From assembly GCA_043822785.1 (NCBI GenBank), contig JBDRBN010000058.1:1-42305 (forward strand): a stretch of 42,305 bases of DNA, in the 5' to 3' direction. The notes beneath the pieces were generated by a model. That model worked only from the letters and a program-made list of their open reading frames with translations. It was not told the origin of the DNA and ran no database searches. Below are positions 36,753 to 42,305 of the stretch, piece by piece. This DNA comes from Pseudomonadota bacterium (GTDB taxonomy: Bacteria; UBA10199; 2-02-FULL-44-16; JAAZCA01). Position numbers and translations under genes: made by a program. Each line of letters begins with the position of its first letter. Position 1 is the first letter of the stretch.

Positions 36753-37703
36753 TTACCGTATTTCAATAAACGCTTTCTGGCGTTCCTTTTGCAAATATGC
36801 TGTCAAAGTTTCTTCTACACGCTCATCGTATATGGCTGAATAGATTCTATCACGTGCAGCAGCGAAATCTTCATTTGACAGTTCTGGTTGTGAGATTAGC
36901 TTTACGATCACGAGCCCGTTTTCCACTAAGATTGGGTTAGAAACTTCACCAACTCTAAGGCTCCTCACAGTGTCTGCTACAGGTTGGGGCACATCCTTAA
37001 GTGATATCATCCCGAGGTCGCCTCCGTTCTCTGGATTTGGTCCTTTGGAGTATTTTTTTGCGAGTTCTTTAAAGCTCTTTCCTTTTCTTGCATTGGAGAC
37101 GATCGAAAGGGCAGTCGCCTTGAGTGCATCTGCTTGTTCCTGGGTTTCTATTCCGTCAAAAGGCAAAAATATTTGCGCGATGTGTGCTTTTGCACTTCCC
37201 CTGAATTTTTCTTGATTGCGCTGGTAAAAGTCGCGGATATCCTGTTCAGTGATCTTAACCTGGGGTCCTATTACCTGATTTATAAACTTGATTTTCCTTA
37301 TTTCGCCTTCTATTTCTTTTTTGTAGTCTTCGTATGTCATACCCTTAGCTGTTACCTCTGCTTTAAGCTGATCTATGGTCATGCGATTCTGCTGAAGCAC
37401 ATTGGCTATAGCTCGAACCAGATCATCTTCTGTGACTTCAATGTCCGCTGACTTCATGAGCTGGTTCATGAGCGCATTGTCGATCATTTGCTCGATGGCG
37501 GTGCGCCTGTATGTCTTGCCGTCGCTTACATTTTTGTCTGATATCCTTTTTGCCGCAAGCTTTCGTGCGAGCATCGTCTCGGTTATTGCTTCGTCGTTCA
37601 CCACGGCCGCGATGCTGTCTATGGTTTTTCCAAAGACAGAAGATGTTGTGGCCAGAAGAAATGCCAGCACCAATACAACAACCTCAGCCTTAACCTTTTT
37701 CAT
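36753..37703 (-). CDS. surA: SurA-like periplasmic chaperone/PPIase
   Basis: IDSIAAVVNDEAIT, parvulin domain FKELAKKYS...GGDLG; SD AGGAGG before ATG 37703; upstream of pdxA. Confidence 0.85.
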   Translation of the reverse strand: MKKVKAEVVVLVLAFLLATTSSVFGKTIDSIAAVVNDEAITETMLARKLAAKRISDKNVSDGKTYRRTAIEQMIDNALMNQLMKSADIEVTEDDLVRAIANVLQQNRMTIDQLKAEVTAKGMTYEDYKKEIEGEIRKIKFINQVIGPQVKITEQDIRDFYQRNQEKFRGSAKAHIAQIFLPFDGIETQEQADALKATALSIVSNARKGKSFKELAKKYSKGPNPENGGDLGMISLKDVPQPVADTVRSLRVGEVSNPILVENGLVIVKLISQPELSNEDFAAARDRIYSAIYDERVEETLTAYLQKERQKAFIEIR

Positions 37704-38598
37704 CAAACGTAACCTCCTTGAGCGCATCCTCATGTATTAAGACGCGCGCTTGTTTCATAATCGTATTGAGCCATGGCATATAAACCTCGTCAACTTTATC
37801 TTCTTGCAGTCTCCTTTTTATCGTTTCTTTAACTTCTTCAACCGATCGTTGGCGTGGCGGTACTTTTGCTATGAGCTGAAAGATCTGGTAACCGTAAGGC
37901 GTGGCGATAACCTCGCTTATCTCGCCGGGCTTCAGTTGCTGACAGATCTGGGAGAAGACCTCGGGGTATGAGTCGGCGTCAAAGTAACCCAGGTCTCCCC
38001 CACGTTCGGCATCGGGGCTTATCGAGAATTGGCGGGCTAGCGCTGCGAATTCTGCTCCCTGCATGAGCTTTACGCGAATACTGTCTGCAGTCTTCATCTT
38101 ATCCACCAAAATTTGCCGAGCGTGAAAACGCGTGTTGTGGCGAAAATCTCCTATATGCTCTCTGTAGTATTTTGCGATCTGTTCCTCAGAAATCGGTACC
38201 TTTGCCAAGACTTCCTTCTCTATGAGCTTTCCTATGATAGCTCGTCTATACTGCGTTTGGTTCCATCTTTCCGAATCGATTCCCTGTTCAGTTGTAGTGT
38301 TGCCATATTTTGAGGACGCGGGATTTTCAGAAACCGTAATGCCCAGCTCCTGAGCCTTGTTAAGAAGCACGCTCTCCTGAATCAGGCTTTCCAGAGCATT
38401 TCGGCGAAAAACTTCAAAATTCTCCTTGTCGCGCAAAAGGACAGGATCATAGAGACCCTGCTCCATGCGCATCTTCCAGGTCAGATCTGTAGCCGTGATG
38501 CTTTGGCCTTGGACAGTTGCCAATACAGTTTCGGCTTTGCCCTTGCACGAGCATATAGCTAGAAGGGCGATCAGACAAATTGTGAGTCGTTTACGCAT
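37690..38598 (-). CDS. PpiC/parvulin-type PPIase lipoprotein
   Basis: Lipobox-like ICSC; HARQILV, FAALARQFS, GGDLGYF, TPYGYQI. Confidence 0.88.
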   Translation of the reverse strand: MRKRLTICLIALLAICSCKGKAETVLATVQGQSITATDLTWKMRMEQGLYDPVLLRDKENFEVFRRNALESLIQESVLLNKAQELGITVSENPASSKYGNTTTEQGIDSERWNQTQYRRAIIGKLIEKEVLAKVPISEEQIAKYYREHIGDFRHNTRFHARQILVDKMKTADSIRVKLMQGAEFAALARQFSISPDAERGGDLGYFDADSYPEVFSQICQQLKPGEISEVIATPYGYQIFQLIAKVPPRQRSVEEVKETIKRRLQEDKVDEVYMPWLNTIMKQARVLIHEDALKEVTFDEKG

Positions 38599-41500
38599 AG
38601 TTAGATCCATCTTCGCTAACATAGATCTGAAGGGCATTCAAGGAGTTTCTGACTGCTGCAATTACAGCCGAATCGTCAGCTGTTTTGCCTGTGCGGATGA
38701 GCAGCCTATCTGGCGGGACGATTCTATATAATGATGAATCCTCATGCACCAGTGACAGTATCTTATCGGTCGAAAGCGGGGTAGTGGCATCGAGCTGGCA
38801 GGACAGATGCGCTCCGTCAAAGAGCACCTGGCGCATCCTAAGCTTGCGAGCTAGGATCTTTATTTCCATCATGCCGAGGAGATTTAGCGCTTCAGCAGGG
38901 AGCGGCCCAAAGCGATCTGTAAGCTCCTCTCCCATAGCTAAGACTTCCTCGCTAGATGTTCTGTTAGCAAGCCTCTTATAGAGATCCACCCGTGAGCCAG
39001 GGTCGGATACATAGGTTTCAGGTAGAAAAGCCGATATCTTGAGATGCAGCTCTGGATCGATCTCCTCCTCAACCTTTTTTCCGGTGAGTTTTCTCACAGC
39101 TCGGTCCAAGAGTTTGGCATATAATTCGTATCCCACCACAGCTATATGTCCGGACTGCGCGCTGCCCAGTATGTTTCCTGAGCCGCGGAACTCAAGATCG
39201 TGCATGGCTATCTGAAAGCCAGAACCTAACTCGGTAAAGCGTTTCAGAACCGTAAGCCTCTTCTTTGCGATAGGAGTCATCATGCCATCTGGCGGTGTGA
39301 GCAGGTATGCATAGGCCTTTACGCTAGAGCGGCCCACACGCCCGCGCAGCTGATATAGCTGTGCAAGGCCAAACGTATCTGCGCGGTGGATGATGATGGT
39401 ATTTGCCGAAGGTATATCCAGACCAGACTCTATGATTGCTGTGCAAAGGAGAACATCTGCGCGCTTTTCCACAAAGTCCATCATCACTTTTTCGAGCGCG
39501 GTTTCCTTAAGCTGGCCATGGCCAACCACGATGCGTGCTTCTGGAACTATTTTCTTAAGCTTTGCATACATGGAGCCCATGGTCTCTATGCGGTTGTGGA
39601 CAAAGAATATTTGTCCTCCTCTGGCCATCTCGCGAATGATAGCTTGGCGTATTATTCCTTCATCTAAAGGTGCGACATAGGTGGTGATCGATTGCCTGTC
39701 TGCTGGTGGCGTGTTGATGATGCTTATGTCGCGTATGCCTGTGAGAGATAGGTTGAGCGTGCGCGGGATGGGCGTTGCGGTCATGGCCATCACATCCACT
39801 GTCTTGCGCAATTTCTTGATCCTCTCCTTGTGGCATACGCCAAAGCGATGCTCCTCATCGATGATGAGAAGGCCCAAGTTTCTGAACGAGACATCCTTTT
39901 GCAAGAGGCGGTGCGTGCCGATTACGATATCGACTCTACCTTTTGTCAATTCCTCCACCACTTTTTTCTGCTCGCGAGAAGTGCGAAATCTGGAGAGCAT
40001 CTCTATGTTTATGGGATAATCAGCAAAGCGCTTTAAAAAGGTCTCGTAATGTTGAAATGCCAAAACTGTAGTCGGCACCAGCACTGCTACTTGCATGCCG
40101 TTCATGGCAGCCCGAAATGCTGCCCTCATCGCTACCTCGGTCTTGCCATAGCCCACGTCGCCGCAGACAAGCCTGTCCATGGGCCGCTTTGTGCCCATGT
40201 CGAACATGATGTCTTCGATGGCCTTGGCTTGATCTGGCGTCTCGTCATAGAGAAAACTCGCTGCAAACTCCTCGAATTCCGCGCCTCCCTTGGGAAGGGG
40301 CGTTCCTGGATATACCTCGCGCGCAGCGTAAATATCCAAAAGCTCTTGGGCCATAAGCCTAATAGCTTGAGATACTTTCTTGCGCGCGTTTTCCCAACGC
40401 GTGCCGCCTAGCCTGTGAAGCATCGGTGGGGCATCGCCAGCGCCTATGTAGCGACCTACCAAGTTGAGCCGATATACAGGCAAATAGAGTTTATCGCCGC
40501 CTAAGTATTCCAAGAGCATGTAGTCGCCTGGCTCGCCTTGGATATCCAAGTGTACAAGGCCTGCATATCGGCCGATGCCATGCATCTCGTGCACGAGATG
40601 ATCGCCCTCTGCCAGTTCAGCAAACGATGTAAAGGGCTCCATGGGAGTAGCGGTCTTTGGTATTTTGCGGGCAGATTTGCTGCCAAACACCTCGGCGTCG
40701 CTTATCAAAATGAGCTTTTCATCTTCCCATCTGAATCCGGAGGACAATCTGTTTATGCGCAAGCGCACAGCTTCCCACCTCATATCAGCGATTGCACTAA
40801 AGGGCTCATCAAATGGGATGAGCTCAATCTTATGCAAGCGAAAGAGATCTTTTAAGCGCTCTGCCTGCATCTCGGTATGGCATGTGAATACGATGCGCAT
40901 GCCCATGCCCTGCCACTCATGAATGCGGCGGACGAGCGGCGCCAGCATGTCCTCATCTTTGCCATGCGATTCGATAAGAGGCCTTAGGTCTTTGTTGCTA
41001 AAAGTTTTTACTGTGAGCGGCTCTGTTGCATGGACATGCTCGTCAATGTGTAGGGCATTGATGTGCAGGGAGCGAAACTTTGCGAGTTCGGTCCACAATA
41101 AATCAGGCGGCATCACAATTTCGTGAGGCTTGACGATCCTCTCGGGGCTCTGTGTGCTGCTAGCTATATCTTGCACTTCGTCGTGATGTGCGTTTGCAGT
41201 TGCTTCTATATCGTGAGTCTCATCCAATATAATGATAGAGTTCTCTGACAAATAATCCATGAACGAAGATGTCTTTTCGTGAAATAATGGCATGAGCGTT
41301 TCAATGCCGGATGTAGCTATGCCCTCATGTATTGCCTCTATGATGGCGCGCCTTTCATGTGTGGACAGATCGCTCTCTTCAGAGCGCTCTCGGATCCTGT
41401 GAGCAGCCTTTGCTCGAGCGGCCTTATCAAAGGGGAAATCGCGCACAGGTATGAGCTGTATCTCAGTTATGTCCTGTTTGGACCTTTGGGATGCAGGGTC

Positions 41501-42106
41501 AAAGAAGCGCATGGAGAGGATGCGGTCATCCTCAAACTCGATTCGAACAGGCGCATCTTTTGTTGGAGACCACAGATCTATGATCCCTCCTCGACGCGCA
41601 AAGGATCCCTCATCCTCCACCATTCCTACATCCTCATAACCCATGTCAGCGAGATAGGAGCACAGATCCTTTGGGTCCACAGGTTCTCGCATGAGTACGG
41701 TGCGCGTGCTGTTTTTTATAAATGATTTTGGAGGCACACGCCGCATCAAAGCCTTTGCTTCTGCTACGATGATGAGAGGCACACCTTGTGCTAAATCGTT
41801 AAGGATGCCGATACGGTCTGCCCACAGCTCTGGCTCAGGTGAGAGCCTGGAAAAGGGAAGAACAGAACTTGCAGGAAACAACCTAAGCTTAGGAAGATGA
41901 TCAGGATGGATAAAGCAGCGGATATTGTCGATGAGCTCTTGTGCTTTTTCATCTGTTGAGGTGACGACTAGAAATGTTTTTGAAGAAGCGTTTTGGGCAA
42001 GGGTGGACACTGCAAGGCCCTTTGCCCCGCCATGTAGGCCATTTATCGCCAGCGATCTTTCAATCCTCTCTGTGGCCTCAACTATGTGTTTTAGCCCCAC
42101 GGGCAT
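38591..42106 (-). CDS. mfd: Transcription-repair coupling factor
   Basis: RRGGIID, CarD/RID domain, GDVGYGKT, DEEH, TATPIPRT, QLRGRVGR, TRCF C-terminus. Start 42106 or 42145. Confidence 0.98.
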   Translation of the reverse strand: MPVGLKHIVEATERIERSLAINGLHGGAKGLAVSTLAQNASSKTFLVVTSTDEKAQELIDNIRCFIHPDHLPKLRLFPASSVLPFSRLSPEPELWADRIGILNDLAQGVPLIIVAEAKALMRRVPPKSFIKNSTRTVLMREPVDPKDLCSYLADMGYEDVGMVEDEGSFARRGGIIDLWSPTKDAPVRIEFEDDRILSMRFFDPASQRSKQDITEIQLIPVRDFPFDKAARAKAAHRIRERSEESDLSTHERRAIIEAIHEGIATSGIETLMPLFHEKTSSFMDYLSENSIIILDETHDIEATANAHHDEVQDIASSTQSPERIVKPHEIVMPPDLLWTELAKFRSLHINALHIDEHVHATEPLTVKTFSNKDLRPLIESHGKDEDMLAPLVRRIHEWQGMGMRIVFTCHTEMQAERLKDLFRLHKIELIPFDEPFSAIADMRWEAVRLRINRLSSGFRWEDEKLILISDAEVFGSKSARKIPKTATPMEPFTSFAELAEGDHLVHEMHGIGRYAGLVHLDIQGEPGDYMLLEYLGGDKLYLPVYRLNLVGRYIGAGDAPPMLHRLGGTRWENARKKVSQAIRLMAQELLDIYAAREVYPGTPLPKGGAEFEEFAASFLYDETPDQAKAIEDIMFDMGTKRPMDRLVCGDVGYGKTEVAMRAAFRAAMNGMQVAVLVPTTVLAFQHYETFLKRFADYPINIEMLSRFRTSREQKKVVEELTKGRVDIVIGTHRLLQKDVSFRNLGLLIIDEEHRFGVCHKERIKKLRKTVDVMAMTATPIPRTLNLSLTGIRDISIINTPPADRQSITTYVAPLDEGIIRQAIIREMARGGQIFFVHNRIETMGSMYAKLKKIVPEARIVVGHGQLKETALEKVMMDFVEKRADVLLCTAIIESGLDIPSANTIIIHRADTFGLAQLYQLRGRVGRSSVKAYAYLLTPPDGMMTPIAKKRLTVLKRFTELGSGFQIAMHDLEFRGSGNILGSAQSGHIAVVGYELYAKLLDRAVRKLTGKKVEEEIDPELHLKISAFLPETYVSDPGSRVDLYKRLANRTSSEEVLAMGEELTDRFGPLPAEALNLLGMMEIKILARKLRMRQVLFDGAHLSCQLDATTPLSTDKILSLVHEDSSLYRIVPPDRLLIRTGKTADDSAVIAAVRNSLNALQIYVSEDGSNYA

Positions 42107-42208
42107 TTGGGTGCTTCTATGAGGAGAGGAGGGGAGTGTCAACACAATCCAATTTCAAATATCCAATATCCCACTGCTGTCGCGTTAGAACTGCTTGTTT
42201 TTCATGGA

Positions 42209-42294
42209 TGTCATTGCGAGCAAAGCGAAGCAATCCCCTTATAACCTGTGTTTGCGGGAGATTGCTTCGTCGCTAAACGCTCCTCGCAATGACA
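42209..42294. repeat. RPE-like element copy 5
   Basis: tgtcattgcgagcaaagcgaagcaatc...gattgcttcgtcgctaaacgctcctcgcaatgaca. Confidence 0.9.
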
Positions 42295-42305
42295 CCTAGA
42301 CATGA

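Overview
Chromosomal window from a diderm bacterium, probably an anaerobic deltaproteobacterial-type lineage (inferred from the mfd-ppiC-surA-pdxA order, an Rnf complex, tdh-kbl and carbamate kinase). Housekeeping content is apbE-rnfEABCDG, tdh-kbl, HDAC, cyclophilin, PBP1A, tRNA-Leu(CAG), arcC, uvrA, pgm, pdxA, surA, a PpiC lipoprotein and mfd. Accessory content is a Fic-HTH gene, vapBC, an HTH-MNT/HEPN pair and a (CT)20-preceded surface-protein operon. Intergenic DNA is dense with palindromic and short tandem repeats, several nested inside each other. The most striking structure is at 26366-26744: an intact tRNA-Leu sits inside a complete, colinear, diverged second copy of the same tRNA, which is split into four pieces by TCC...GGA-bounded hairpins, one of them carrying the intact tRNA in its loop. 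Other candidates are an ABC exporter fused to a degenerate GGDEF domain with an intact RxxD site, a tandem pair of apparently inactive ApbE paralogs, the rnfEABCDG permutation, inverted repeats around tdh, twin long hairpins at 1.76-2.27 kb and two small proteins. All calls are by eye; no searches or folding were run.
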